A stretch of DNA of 64,000 nt. Source: Lachnospiraceae bacterium. GTDB lineage: Bacteria; Spirochaetota; Spirochaetia; Treponematales; Treponemataceae. Made by a program: the position numbers and the translations under genes. The notes under the pieces are model-generated. The model was not told the DNA's origin. It saw only the letters and a program-made list of their open reading frames with translations, and made no database searches. The DNA lies in contig CAVJSA010000001.1 in NCBI GenBank assembly GCA_963651875.1, positions 26,534-90,533 on the forward strand, read 5' to 3'. Shown piece after piece: positions 46,801 to 56,401 of this stretch. Position 1 is the stretch's first letter; each line of letters begins with the position of its first letter.

Positions 46801-49800
46801 AGCCAATAAATGCGGAACAACTACTGTAAAAGTAAGAAATACAGCGTGTTCTTATCCGCTTGAAATTATCGTACAGGTTGTTGACCCGATAGCAGCAGCG
46901 GCAAATCCTTATATTCAGCTTAGTTCAAGTGTTTTAACATTAAATGTTAGTTCAACTTATACAAATATTACGGCAGACTTAGTTGGTGGCAGTGAAGAAG
47001 ATTATTCAGACTTTATATGGAGCGTAAATGACAGTTCAATTTGTAGCGTTTATGGTCAAAACGAAGTTGGAAAAATAAAGGCATTAAAAGCAGGAACAAC
47101 TTATGTAACTGTTTCTCACCCAAAGGCAATGTATACAGCTCAACTTCTTGTTGTTTGCGATGAAGTAGCCGCAACTGAATGTTATATAAGCGTACCGTCA
47201 AGCATTATTGCAATGAAACCAACGGATTCAAGCCAGACTATTACGGCAAGCCTTGTAAATGGTTCAACTAACGATAAATACAATTTTACTTGGTCGCTTG
47301 ATGTTTACGATATTATTGATTTTCAATACTCAGCTAATGTCTGCACAATTACACCAAAGTCAACTGGAAGCGTAACTATTACAATTTCGCACCCAAAGGC
47401 AGCGTATGACCAGCAGATAATTGTAAACGTTCAGCAGTATTCAACTTTTGGATTTCCAGATACAAATTTAACGACAACACAAGGAAACGTTAAATTTTTG
47501 ACAATGCAAGTTCCTACAACAAATGCGACAACATATATTTCTTATTCTGTTGATGATTCAAGTATTTGCTCAATTACAGGAACAAAGAGTGTCGCTCAAC
47601 TAACGGCTATCAGTGCAGGAACAACAACTATTCGTGCTGACCTTATTGCAAGCTCTACTGGAGTTGTTCAAGCAAGTTCGGAATGTATGGTTTATGTACA
47701 AAAAAAATCTGTTGATACGGCTTATATTTCAAGTTCAACAACAATTTATACCGTACAGAAAGGAAAAAGCCAGACTATTACGGCAACTATTTCTGGTACA
47801 GATGTTGAAACTAACGATTCTGCAAGTCTAAAATGGACAACATCGGATAGCGATATTGTTTCCGTTACAGGAATTTCTTCTGACGGTTATGTTACAGGAA
47901 AATCAATCTACGTAACGGCAAAAGCAGCAGGCGAAGCAATTATTACCTGTACTCACGAAAAAGCAGCTAGCGCATTGCAGTTTTATGTAGTAGTGCCTGG
48001 CTCTTCTTCTAAAGTTGTTACGTTGAACAAGTCTTACATAACTTTAACAAACGGAAGCAGTGGAACTACAATTTCTGCAACTGTTGAAAACGCAGAAAGT
48101 AACGAAGATTACAATAATCTTGAATGGAAACTCGAAAGCCTTAATACTGTTGATGAAATTGCAAGAGTAATGGGAAGTGGTAAAACTGTAACAATTTATC
48201 CGATTAAAACAGGCGAAGCTACTTTGACTGTTTCTTTGCCAGACAGCGCAAGCACAGCAAAATGTAGTGTAATTGTTGAAGCAAACAAAAGTTTAACTTT
48301 TGATACAAGCAGTGTAAGTGTCCAGCCAGCACATACAAAGACAATCGGCTATAAAGTAAGTCCAGCAAACGCAACCTTAAATTGGGTGTATACATATCAA
48401 TCTACAGGAGGAGGAACGCAGGATGTTTTTTCTTTCCGTGATTTAGGCTGTGATTCTGACGGTAACGGTAAAGTAGAAATTATTGGCGAAGCAATAGGCA
48501 GCGGAACACTAGCGGCAACAACTGACGGAAATGCAAAAGGGCAGATGTCGGTTCGTGTAGCGTGGGATTATAGTTTTAGCGTTAAAGGAAGTTCTACATT
48601 TAGTTGTGAACCCAACGAAGTAAAAACGTTTAATTACACAGTAAATCCAGCAGACGCTGATGTTTATATTGATTCAACAGACGCAGGAGATATTTTTAAT
48701 TATTCTGTAACCGACAATGGCGATGGAACAGGCACTATAGAAATTACAGGATTAAAAGAAACTTCAACCGATGTTTCTATAAAAGTAATTGCCACCAATC
48801 CAAACAATAATGACGAAGAAATTGGTACAAAAAAGATTACTGGAAAATTTAGGTATGGAAGTGTTAGTGCAACTGTAAACGTTACTAACCTTGACGGAAA
48901 TTTTTCTGAGTATGACAGCGGTATTCTTTATGTTGGTGATGGCGAAAAAGTAAAACTTAATGTTGGATTAACGCCAGTTGGCGCAAATATTTCTAATGTT
49001 ACAATGACTTTTTCAAATAACTCAGATGTTAGCAAAAATTTGTTGTCTGGTGGAAGCAACAATGAATGGACTTTTACAAGTCCAAGTGAAGATATTACAG
49101 AAAATGAGTATTTGATTAACAGTTGCTATTTACCGTGCCTTGACGGAACTGTAATAGCAACTTGGGATACATCTTTTAACTGGTATGTAGGAAATCACAA
49201 GCACGGTGATTCTACAGATTGTACAGAAATTGTTCAGATTTATAACGGTAACAGTTTTAATTTTAATACAAGTTATTGTATGAGAGGCTATACATATAAT
49301 GTTGTTTCTTATGACGATGACGATAGTGCAAACTATGGAAGAATTGCAGAACAAACTGCGTGTGAAAAATTTTTAAAAGAGCATTATGGCTATCGTATGT
49401 TTTTTAGCGATTATCATTATAGCAAACAATATAGAGGAAAAACTCCAGATTGGAAAACAAACAATGTTACATTTTCGTTAAAAGAAGCTCCAGAACTAGC
49501 AGGAAAGATTTATTCTCAAAAAGAATTTGAAAAAATCGGTTGGTTTTATTGTGTAGGAACTCTTTCAAATAAAACAGGTACACTTCAAAATTATGATGAA
49601 GGAGATGCATATCTTTTGAAAAATAGCGGTACGTGGGGAGTAAATGCTTCTTTAGTTGAAGACGGTTACCTTAATTGTATTGATGATAAGGAAGGACATT
49701 GGGTTTGCGTTTATCCACACGTTTTAACGGACGTTGTTGATGCTACGTTACGAACTTCAACAGATACAAAAACTGTAAGTACACAGCAGATTGGAACTTT

Positions 49801-49894
49801 AGTAATTTCTTATACGCACAATGACGAAGAAAGTAAAGTTAATATTCCTGTTTACTCTGTTGTAAGAAACTGTCAGAAAAATCTGAGTAACTAA
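43874..49894 (+). CDS. giant lipoprotein with tandem Ig-like (Big_2-type) repeats, putative adhesin
   Basis: FITGC lipobox; recurring W.S.D.S(V/I)A...G...I(T/S)HPK units; Ser/Thr/Val-rich; AAGGAG RBS. Confidence 0.8.
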   Translation: MKRKTKQSFFYAFIAVIAMAVFITGCSFFSSFTDKDESDVEITSLSLGKSTLSLKVGGLDYVSLKITPITSQKDVKVNWTYDSSIIEGETSNYGITIKALAEGTTVLKASYGSYESVCIISVSGYEDGYVETTDPYIYSNTSILQTSIGITEKVFVSLHGGSAADIDGYTWSNENSSVAEIQATGQYCLITAKSTGYSRIKITHSKATYPYYIGVYVFSDNTKVPYITTSNNILTLNKDDAEQTISCNLVDGSDSAKDSYFSWEILSSDSAQVPVSISSNANKAVVTPKAEGSCTIRITHPEATYPLDILCRVITIVKNVYIEPDNTIVTLSGENEQIISSTLKNIDTSEYSIDDYEYKLDDYDVAEIVGYSGNQVILKGKANGSCKLIISHPKSVYSREVLCIVNGQLKDAVDSSVYITTTQNYIRTKVGNDATTLNISLKGGEDGDEGNFTWTVKSTAVDGSSDVIQLETANGSVISSRVAASTYAYGTAVITPKAEGTAVITITHPKVVYPTEILVKVLDSSAVLENPLYFSGEGLVKILNGESADYTVNLKGDSKKDSDDNNISYEISDSRLSLIASANTVNITAPALNTGCTTSTMTISHPKVDTSKTVVVMTADDEETLDSMKALYADKNYYNLEYGASVIVTVNTVGFDGEDSSYDYSKANWTTTDSTVISVEKNSTDGRMCTVKALKAGSVNLTVSIEDYSYTFKITVYPEGAIQTDPEVYFTTTQNVVNLIGEGSTKTVSITALNLSSSEYSNITWEVEDSNVATVIPNGTKATITAVADGETVIKVNHSNSQNELKIYVRVGSEYVIPEVDPTVYISAQDVITMLKDDSVQKLQAVLVNYSEADSNGFKFSIDNEDIAKISTQSVNGIAYIKPVSAGQAEISITHPATSIVKHVLVVVGNTAEDLAAYQYLTTSTNVVAIGEGSTKTVSVSVKNSAEVIVDGYSWSSEDLNIVDITTTNGATAVFKANKCGTTTVKVRNTACSYPLEIIVQVVDPIAAAANPYIQLSSSVLTLNVSSTYTNITADLVGGSEEDYSDFIWSVNDSSICSVYGQNEVGKIKALKAGTTYVTVSHPKAMYTAQLLVVCDEVAATECYISVPSSIIAMKPTDSSQTITASLVNGSTNDKYNFTWSLDVYDIIDFQYSANVCTITPKSTGSVTITISHPKAAYDQQIIVNVQQYSTFGFPDTNLTTTQGNVKFLTMQVPTTNATTYISYSVDDSSICSITGTKSVAQLTAISAGTTTIRADLIASSTGVVQASSECMVYVQKKSVDTAYISSSTTIYTVQKGKSQTITATISGTDVETNDSASLKWTTSDSDIVSVTGISSDGYVTGKSIYVTAKAAGEAIITCTHEKAASALQFYVVVPGSSSKVVTLNKSYITLTNGSSGTTISATVENAESNEDYNNLEWKLESLNTVDEIARVMGSGKTVTIYPIKTGEATLTVSLPDSASTAKCSVIVEANKSLTFDTSSVSVQPAHTKTIGYKVSPANATLNWVYTYQSTGGGTQDVFSFRDLGCDSDGNGKVEIIGEAIGSGTLAATTDGNAKGQMSVRVAWDYSFSVKGSSTFSCEPNEVKTFNYTVNPADADVYIDSTDAGDIFNYSVTDNGDGTGTIEITGLKETSTDVSIKVIATNPNNNDEEIGTKKITGKFRYGSVSATVNVTNLDGNFSEYDSGILYVGDGEKVKLNVGLTPVGANISNVTMTFSNNSDVSKNLLSGGSNNEWTFTSPSEDITENEYLINSCYLPCLDGTVIATWDTSFNWYVGNHKHGDSTDCTEIVQIYNGNSFNFNTSYCMRGYTYNVVSYDDDDSANYGRIAEQTACEKFLKEHYGYRMFFSDYHYSKQYRGKTPDWKTNNVTFSLKEAPELAGKIYSQKEFEKIGWFYCVGTLSNKTGTLQNYDEGDAYLLKNSGTWGVNASLVEDGYLNCIDDKEGHWVCVYPHVLTDVVDATLRTSTDTKTVSTQQIGTLVISYTHNDEESKVNIPVYSVVRNCQKNLSN

Positions 49895-49905
49895 TAAATA
49901 ATTAC

Positions 49906-49953
49906 AAAAAAAAACTCTCAGACGCTCGTAGATGCGTTTTGAGAGTTTTTTTT
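49906..49953. terminator. bidirectional intrinsic terminator
   Basis: A9-CTCTCA...TGAGAG-T8 between convergent genes. Confidence 0.8.
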
Positions 49954-49972
49954 GAAGACTGTTTCGTAAATA

Positions 49973-50782
49973 CTAATTATAAGTAATTGTAACTATTTTA
50001 TCTGTACCGTTTAATTGGATTTTTGCTGTTGGGTTTTCACTGTTATCGCAGGCTTCTCCGTCAAAAATTACAAAATAATCTGTAATACCTTTAATAATTT
50101 TAGAATTATCTTCAATTACGCTATACGTTTCTTTGCAATCTGAAGAATGGTATAAATATACAGAAGATTTTCCGTCCCATTCAAAAGTTGAGGTATTATC
50201 AAGATTTATAATTTGTGTTTTTTCTGAAGAATAGACAAATGTAAGTATGTCTTCATCATCGCCACTGCCAGTAATTGTACTAGCATCGTACTGTTCGTCA
50301 GTAGTATAAGTGTAAACTTCATCATCATAATTATCTTTTCCACCTTGCCATACTGTTTTTGTACTATACGGGGCTCTGTATACTGCAACTAACGAGTTAT
50401 CGGATTTTTTAAATTGCAAGTAATATGCTTTTGGGTCAGGCAGTGTAATATAATCATTTTCTGTACAAGAAACTTCATAATTGTCTTTTAATCCAGAAAA
50501 ACATTTATAGAAATATGTATCATCATCAGCAGGAAAATTTAACAAAAATTTGTATGTGTAACTTACAGGTTTTTCGATGTCAAAATGTTTTTCTACTGTT
50601 TCTGTAGTAGTTGATGCTGTTATTGTATTTGTATAAACCGTCTGTCCAGAACTTGATGTTCCGTTTGTGTCTGTATTTGTATTTTCCGAATCACTACTGT
50701 TTCCAGAATCCGAGCTTTCGTTTGAACAACTGAATAAGAATACAGCCGACAGTGCCATTAAAATTGCAAGTAATTTTTTCAT
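49973..50782 (-). CDS. lipoprotein, unknown function
   Basis: MKKLL...FLFSC lipobox, Ser/Thr/Asn linker, AAGGAG RBS. Confidence 0.75.
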   Translation of the reverse strand: MKKLLAILMALSAVFLFSCSNESSDSGNSSDSENTNTDTNGTSSSGQTVYTNTITASTTTETVEKHFDIEKPVSYTYKFLLNFPADDDTYFYKCFSGLKDNYEVSCTENDYITLPDPKAYYLQFKKSDNSLVAVYRAPYSTKTVWQGGKDNYDDEVYTYTTDEQYDASTITGSGDDEDILTFVYSSEKTQIINLDNTSTFEWDGKSSVYLYHSSDCKETYSVIEDNSKIIKGITDYFVIFDGEACDNSENPTAKIQLNGTDKIVTITYN

Positions 50783-50798
50783 TGTTTTTACTCCTTAA

Positions 50799-51434
50799 CT
50801 ATTGTTGTTTTATTACAATGTACATCTTTCTTAGATTTCGTTTTTGTACATCATAGTCATCTGTATAAAAAAGTATTGGAAAATAATCAAAATAGGTTGC
50901 CCTTTGAAGTTCTCCATTTTTTGTTCTTTTAGAATATTTAGGTAGACCTGTAAAATAAATTCCTTTGTCTTTTTGTCTTGCATCAAATCCACTTGTGTAA
51001 TTATCCGCAGTTACAATAAACCTTGAAAGAATAAAGCTGATTGTATTTTCTGGATTATCTACCGAAGTAGCATAGCCAGTAAAACCTACAACTCCGCCCT
51101 GTTTTTGCAGAGGAACAAAAATTCCGTCTGGTTTTGTGTATCCTATCTGGCGACGCATAAGAGAATCGAACTTATATGCGTAAACTTTACCGTTAAGGCA
51201 CAAATACTGTTCATCAAGAATTATGATTTTGTAATTATTATCGAATCTGTCGCAAGCAAAAATACTTATAATATAACTGTAGTTTTTAAGCATTCTGGAA
51301 GCCTTTTTGTTTACTTCTTCTGCTGATTCTGTAATGGCTACCGAATTATCAACTTTAGTAAAGCTTTCTAGCGTTGCGCAGGAACTAAAAAAAATACAAA
51401 TCGAAGCTACAACAAAGACAAAAGTTTTTTTCAT
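50799..51434 (-). CDS. lipoprotein, unknown function
   Basis: MKKTF...FFSSCAT lipobox. Confidence 0.75.
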   Translation of the reverse strand: MKKTFVFVVASICIFFSSCATLESFTKVDNSVAITESAEEVNKKASRMLKNYSYIISIFACDRFDNNYKIIILDEQYLCLNGKVYAYKFDSLMRRQIGYTKPDGIFVPLQKQGGVVGFTGYATSVDNPENTISFILSRFIVTADNYTSGFDARQKDKGIYFTGLPKYSKRTKNGELQRATYFDYFPILFYTDDYDVQKRNLRKMYIVIKQQ

Positions 51435-51436
51435 AA

Positions 51437-52042
51437 TTATCTGCTCATAATTTGTTCTTCAAGGTCGCTTTCTAGGTTGCCCCAAGCACATTCTAAATTT
51501 TCTTTTGTTAATTCCCAGTTTTCCCGATTGCAGACTGTAACTGCATACGCACCTGCCTGCATTGATGTAAGCACTGCACAGATTGCTGGATAAATCCTTT
51601 TTGAAATAGGATAAAGTTCCATTCCCATTTGCAATGGTGGACATTCTTTTGTGTCAAAATCTGGAATGAATTTTGACTTCATAAGATGATAATTTGGAAC
51701 AGGAATGTTATCGCTTGTTTTTATAAAAAACAATTTTGGATATTGTTTTTTCATCTGTTCAATGGTCATTTTTTCCTCCTTTAGAAAACTTTGTAATTTC
51801 AACAGAACCTTCTTTTTTTTATTTTCAAACTCATCGTCATAATAAAGAGGTCTGAGTCTGGTGTTTAATCGTAACTGTTTTAGTATAAAGTTACTTATAG
51901 TTACGCCAGCATCATATTCCGCACGCCATTTTAATTCAGCGGCTTCGTCCTTTGTAAGCGTCAAAGTTATGGTTTTGGTATTTTTGCCTGTAGGTTTTCT
52001 ACCGCTACCTTCTCTTTTTCCGCCCCAATTTCTATCGTTCAT
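51437..52042 (-). CDS. putative DNA-binding protein (RHH-like N-terminus)
   Basis: WGGKREGSGRK..TITLTLT..AGVTISNFI; start at 52042 after AGGAG. Confidence 0.55.
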   Translation of the reverse strand: MNDRNWGGKREGSGRKPTGKNTKTITLTLTKDEAAELKWRAEYDAGVTISNFILKQLRLNTRLRPLYYDDEFENKKKKVLLKLQSFLKEEKMTIEQMKKQYPKLFFIKTSDNIPVPNYHLMKSKFIPDFDTKECPPLQMGMELYPISKRIYPAICAVLTSMQAGAYAVTVCNRENWELTKENLECAWGNLESDLEEQIMSR

Positions 52043-52073
52043 CGTTCTTCTCCTGTCTGAACCCTCCTTATAA

Positions 52074-52128
52074 TTAAGAGCATATACTCTTATCTTGAAA
52101 AAAGCAACTATTTTATCTAGTTTTTTTA
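52074..52128 (-). promoter_or_regulatory. sigma70-type promoter, copy 1 of a duplicated ~55-bp block
   Basis: TTGCTT-17 nt-TATGCT; near-identical to 62411-62465. Confidence 0.7.
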
Positions 52129-52171
52129 TAATTTTTATCAGATTATTGAAATTAGTACAAATAATTATATA

Positions 52172-54418
52172 ATGTATACAAAACAACAAATCAAAAGTGC
52201 TTTGCCCAAAGACGCAGTTTTAAGGTTTGTTTTTGTGAAAAAAGAAGAATTTATACGCACCGATCCAAGCCGAAGCCATAAGTTTATTTTTCTTACTGCT
52301 TTAGTCTGGATTGTGCCTTTATCTGTTATTGTTGCAGGGATTTTTGTAAGTACACAGTCCTTTGCAGCAATGATGAATTATGATGCTGAAGTTATTGGCA
52401 ATCCGATATTCATAACAAAAAAAGGTTATTGTTTTTATAATCCGCTGGTATTCTTTTTAAGTATTTTTAAATATTTGTTTGACAATACTTATTCCTATTA
52501 TTTTTTTAAGGCAATACCAGCAACCTTTATCGGTTTTATTTTAGCTGCTCTTATTTTTTGCACTGCAAATATCCTAACTTCTCAGCAAAAAAATCAAGGT
52601 ATTTATGGTCGTGCTCGTTTTGGTCTTTTAAAAGACTTAATTAAAAACGGACTTTTACAAAAGTGCGGTGTTGTTTGCGGTCAGGTTGATACTGCCGATG
52701 TAAGTTTTTTTATTGATGAAAAAAAAGCGTCTATGACGCTGAATATGCCAAATCATTTTAAGTTAAAACTTCCAGTTGGCAATTCTTGGAAGTTCTGGGA
52801 ATTATCACCAAAAACAGCTCCACTTATATGTCATTCTGGAAGAACAAACACAATGCTTATTGCGCCTACAAGAAGTGGTAAAGGAGTAAGCTGTATTATT
52901 CCCACGCTTTTAAGTTACGGAGTTCCATTTTTTAACTGGGCAAAAGAAAAATCAAAAAACGGCAGAACAAAAAAAGTTAGGAAAGTTGAAGGCAGAGGTT
53001 CTATCGTCTGTTTTGACCCGAAAGGCGAAAACTGGGCTGCTACTGCTAGTTTTAGAAGTAAATTTTCTACTTGTATTCCGTTTGACCCACTCAACGCTTT
53101 AGGCACTGGTATATCTTGGCATTATAACCCTATGGCAGAAATTCCAGATGACCCGAGCGGTGCTTATGAATGGGCGGATATGATAGCCAATATTTTTTTT
53201 AGTGCAGAAAAAGGTAAGGGCGGAGGAGATGATGCGTCAAGCTACTTTAATAATGTAGCACGAGATATTTTTCGTGGCGTAGTTATGCACGTTCGTTTTG
53301 CCTTTCAATATGACGAAAAGGAAAGAAATCTTACAACTGTCTTAAAAATGTTTTCTAAACAGACAGAAAAGTCAGAAGGTGGCAATAGCGAAGACGGAAA
53401 CGATAATACTGGTGCAGCAATGATTGCCGAAATGAGAAATTCCATTCACATTGACGACAACGGCAACAAGGCAGAAAAACTGCACGAAATGATTGTCGAT
53501 ATGGCTAATCGTTCAGAAAGTCAAGTTCCCAAAGAAAGGGCTTCTACATATTCAACAGTTATTTCAAAAATCGGTCTTTTTCAAGATCCGAATATTGCAC
53601 AGACAACTGCTTATAGCGATTTTGGAGTTGATGACTTTGTAAGTGCAGAAACTGGAATTTCACTTTACCTTATCGTTCCTTATAACAATATTCAGCGTAT
53701 TGCACCTGTATTTAGAATGTTAATCACTTTTATGATTAAAAAATTCTCCGCAGGTACAACAAATGCTAATGCAGTAAAACTAAAAGTGCCCTGTATGTTT
53801 TTGCTGGATGAATTTCCTGTCCTTGGTTATTTTCCAGACATCGCACTTAATGCAGGTATTCTTGCTGGTTACGGTGTAACGTTTTTTATTGTCTGTCAGT
53901 CATTAAATCAGATTGTAGACGTTTATGGCGAAAATCACCCATTCCTTGACCATTGTAAAACGCTGATTCTATTTGCCCCGGGCAATATAAAAGACGCAAA
54001 GAGTTTTAGCGAAACTATCGGTAACCGTTCTGTATTGTTTGATAATTTATCTAACAGCGGTTCAAAATGGGAAGCTGGATTTAGTAGTGTTTCTAAAAGT
54101 TCACAGGAAGTATCAACAAGTCTTATTTCGCCAGACGAACTTATGAAGTTAGATTTTTCTAATGCGCTTGTTTTTAATCAAGGTATGCCTCCGTACAGGG
54201 CAAAAAAAGTTGTTTATTACAAAGACCCTAGATTTATGAAAAAAGCGTGGTTGCCAGAACCAGACAAAGATTTTCTTGATAATCGAAAAAAATATCTTCC
54301 GACACATCGAAATAAAAAAGAACGAAAGATAAGTCCAGAAATTGAAGAAGAAATAAAAAGAATGGAAGCAATAAATGCAATCGAAATTATTCCAGCAGAT
54401 TATTTATTTGATATTTAA
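52172..54418 (+). CDS. virD4: type IV coupling protein TraG/VirD4
   Basis: YGRARF, APTRSGKG, FDPKGE, YNPM, LLDEFP, QSLNQ, LISPDEL. Exact start uncertain. Confidence 0.92.
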   Translation: MYTKQQIKSALPKDAVLRFVFVKKEEFIRTDPSRSHKFIFLTALVWIVPLSVIVAGIFVSTQSFAAMMNYDAEVIGNPIFITKKGYCFYNPLVFFLSIFKYLFDNTYSYYFFKAIPATFIGFILAALIFCTANILTSQQKNQGIYGRARFGLLKDLIKNGLLQKCGVVCGQVDTADVSFFIDEKKASMTLNMPNHFKLKLPVGNSWKFWELSPKTAPLICHSGRTNTMLIAPTRSGKGVSCIIPTLLSYGVPFFNWAKEKSKNGRTKKVRKVEGRGSIVCFDPKGENWAATASFRSKFSTCIPFDPLNALGTGISWHYNPMAEIPDDPSGAYEWADMIANIFFSAEKGKGGGDDASSYFNNVARDIFRGVVMHVRFAFQYDEKERNLTTVLKMFSKQTEKSEGGNSEDGNDNTGAAMIAEMRNSIHIDDNGNKAEKLHEMIVDMANRSESQVPKERASTYSTVISKIGLFQDPNIAQTTAYSDFGVDDFVSAETGISLYLIVPYNNIQRIAPVFRMLITFMIKKFSAGTTNANAVKLKVPCMFLLDEFPVLGYFPDIALNAGILAGYGVTFFIVCQSLNQIVDVYGENHPFLDHCKTLILFAPGNIKDAKSFSETIGNRSVLFDNLSNSGSKWEAGFSSVSKSSQEVSTSLISPDELMKLDFSNALVFNQGMPPYRAKKVVYYKDPRFMKKAWLPEPDKDFLDNRKKYLPTHRNKKERKISPEIEEEIKRMEAINAIEIIPADYLFDI

Positions 54419-54437
54419 AGAAGCATAAGGATAAAAA

Positions 54438-54872
54438 ATGAACAATAAAAAACCAGACAGCGCAAAATTTTCTGTAAGTCAGAAAGTGCGCTTAACAGAA
54501 TATCAAAATAAAATTCTCAAAAGCAAAGCTCTTGAACAGAATACTACTGTAAGCGAAATCTTACGGACAGCAGTAACTAATTATATTGACCGCAATATGA
54601 CAGATACAGAAATTCTTTACGCAACTCTTACAGAGCAATCAAGAAAAATCCGCTATCTGGAAAATAAAGTTGAAGTATCGGCAATTCTTTTAACACAGAT
54701 GTTTAAATATTTTATAAAAGCACTGCCTGTTAATTCTGTAAATTCAAATGAATTTGTAGAAACCAAATTTGAAGATTTCAAAAAAGATTGTGCTCGGACG
54801 GTAAAAGAATATCACGGTGGATTCCTTGAAAGTTTTATTTTAGATATGTACGAAAAAGGTGTAGAAGAATAA
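54438..54872 (+). CDS. CopG/RHH-like protein
   Basis: KVRLT..NTTVSEILRTAV; position between traG and trbB. Confidence 0.6.
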   Translation: MNNKKPDSAKFSVSQKVRLTEYQNKILKSKALEQNTTVSEILRTAVTNYIDRNMTDTEILYATLTEQSRKIRYLENKVEVSAILLTQMFKYFIKALPVNSVNSNEFVETKFEDFKKDCARTVKEYHGGFLESFILDMYEKGVEE

Positions 54873-54876
54873 AGCA

Positions 54877-55860
54877 ATGGCAACTATTGACAGCTTCGGA
54901 CAGCAGGTAAAACAGGATAAATGGCTCAGAAATCTTGAAGATGATATGAAACTTATTATTCCGTATATTCACGATAAAAGAGTTACAGACATTGCAATCG
55001 GAAATGAAGGAGAACTGATTGTTGAAGGTATGGGCGGAATGGGAAAAGTTTTTACTGGAATCTACTTTGACGATACCACAATAACCAGAATTATCTATGC
55101 AAGTGCTGCCGTTTTAGGAATAAGCATTGACCCACATAATCCGATTGTAGAAGGTGTTTTACCGCTAGCAAATTATAAGGTTCGTATTGAAGGAATCCTT
55201 CCGCCACGTTCGGCTGTAAATCCAATGTATTTTATACGCAGACCGTCAAATCAGATTTTTTCGCTTGAAAGTTACCTTGAAGGCGGTCGAATGTCTAAAG
55301 AAAAATATGACCTTTTAATTGCACATATAAAAAAACGGTCAAACATAATTATTGGAGGCGAAACAGGAAGCGGAAAAACAACACTGTTAAATGCAATTAT
55401 CGACAAAATGCGAGAATTTACTCCAAACGACCGCTTTTACATTGTTGAAGACGCTGGAGAAATTCAATGCAAGGCAAAAGACCGTGTAAATATATGGGCA
55501 GAAGGTAAGGACTGCCTAAAAGCAGTCGGAATTGCACTTCGATGCAATGTTTCAAGAATTATCTTTGGTGAATTGCGCTATGGCGATGTTACTAACGAAG
55601 TATTAAAAGCGTGGAATACTGGACACACAGGAAACGCCAGCACAGTTCACGCAGACAGTTGTTTAAGTATGATTTCCAGATTAAGAGATTTACTAAGGGA
55701 AGTAATAAAAGGGGAACTTCCAGATATTTCACAATCGGTGCAGTTGCTCGTTCATCTTATACCGACTAGCAACGGCCCGATTGTAAACGAAATTATGGAA
55801 ACAAAATCTGTAAGCACGTCTACATTTATGGAACAACTTGAAGCAAACAAATTGATTTAA
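54877..55860 (+). CDS. trbB: T4SS ATPase TrbB/VirB11
   Basis: GETGSGKTT, VEDAGEI, GELR, AWNTGH, STVHADS. Confidence 0.92.
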   Translation: MATIDSFGQQVKQDKWLRNLEDDMKLIIPYIHDKRVTDIAIGNEGELIVEGMGGMGKVFTGIYFDDTTITRIIYASAAVLGISIDPHNPIVEGVLPLANYKVRIEGILPPRSAVNPMYFIRRPSNQIFSLESYLEGGRMSKEKYDLLIAHIKKRSNIIIGGETGSGKTTLLNAIIDKMREFTPNDRFYIVEDAGEIQCKAKDRVNIWAEGKDCLKAVGIALRCNVSRIIFGELRYGDVTNEVLKAWNTGHTGNASTVHADSCLSMISRLRDLLREVIKGELPDISQSVQLLVHLIPTSNGPIVNEIMETKSVSTSTFMEQLEANKLI

Positions 55861-56006
55861 GTTTTATTGAATAAAAAAGACTTGCAAGGAGGTAAAGAAA
55901 AATAAAATCAAAGTGATTTTGCGTGTTTTTTTATTGGAATATTGTTTTTAGTAAAATCACTTTTTTTGAACCATTGTTTTTTATAAGAAATATTTTTTTT
56001 AAGTTA

Positions 56007-56026
56007 CGACCGACACGTGTCGGTTG
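56007..56026. repeat. isolated palindrome copy directly before the pilin RBS
   Basis: TTACGACCGACACGTGTCGGTTGTAAGGAG...ATG. Confidence 0.95.
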
Positions 56027-56040
56027 TAAGGAGATTATTT

Positions 56041-56397
56041 ATGAACTCTATTACTTTAGCAGAAAGAATAAAAAATACTTTCTTTACAAAACAGTTCTTT
56101 TTATTTTGCATTTTTTCGACTTTATGCGTAAGCGGTGTTTTTGCTGGCGGCGATGGGATTGATACGCTTGATACTTGGGCTACTAAGATTTTGGATTTAC
56201 TTGGTGGCAGCTGGATTAAAGTTATCTGTATCGTTGCTTTAATTTTTGAAGCTATAGGCGTTGTGGCGGCTGGTAAAAATGGCGGTGGCGGACAGCTTAT
56301 AAAAGGCTTTATTCCGTGGATTGTCGGAACAATCATCCTTTTATCAGCATCTTCCATTATAAGTTACTTCCTCGAAGACTTGAGCTTTTCTGTATAA
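56041..56397 (+). CDS. trbC: pilin TrbC/VirB2
   Basis: Long signal peptide ending VFA, two hydrophobic helices, position before virB3/virB4; TAAGGAG RBS. Confidence 0.75.
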   Translation: MNSITLAERIKNTFFTKQFFLFCIFSTLCVSGVFAGGDGIDTLDTWATKILDLLGGSWIKVICIVALIFEAIGVVAAGKNGGGGQLIKGFIPWIVGTIILLSASSIISYFLEDLSFSV

Positions 56398-56401
56398 AAA
56401 T

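Noticed and set aside
55923..56357. ORFs 55923-56162 (+) and 56004-56357 (-), plus 63224-63412 (+), containing PTRVG/TDTCRS peptides
   Set aside because: Shadow frames of the palindrome and the pilin gene, with no RBS or recognisable protein features.
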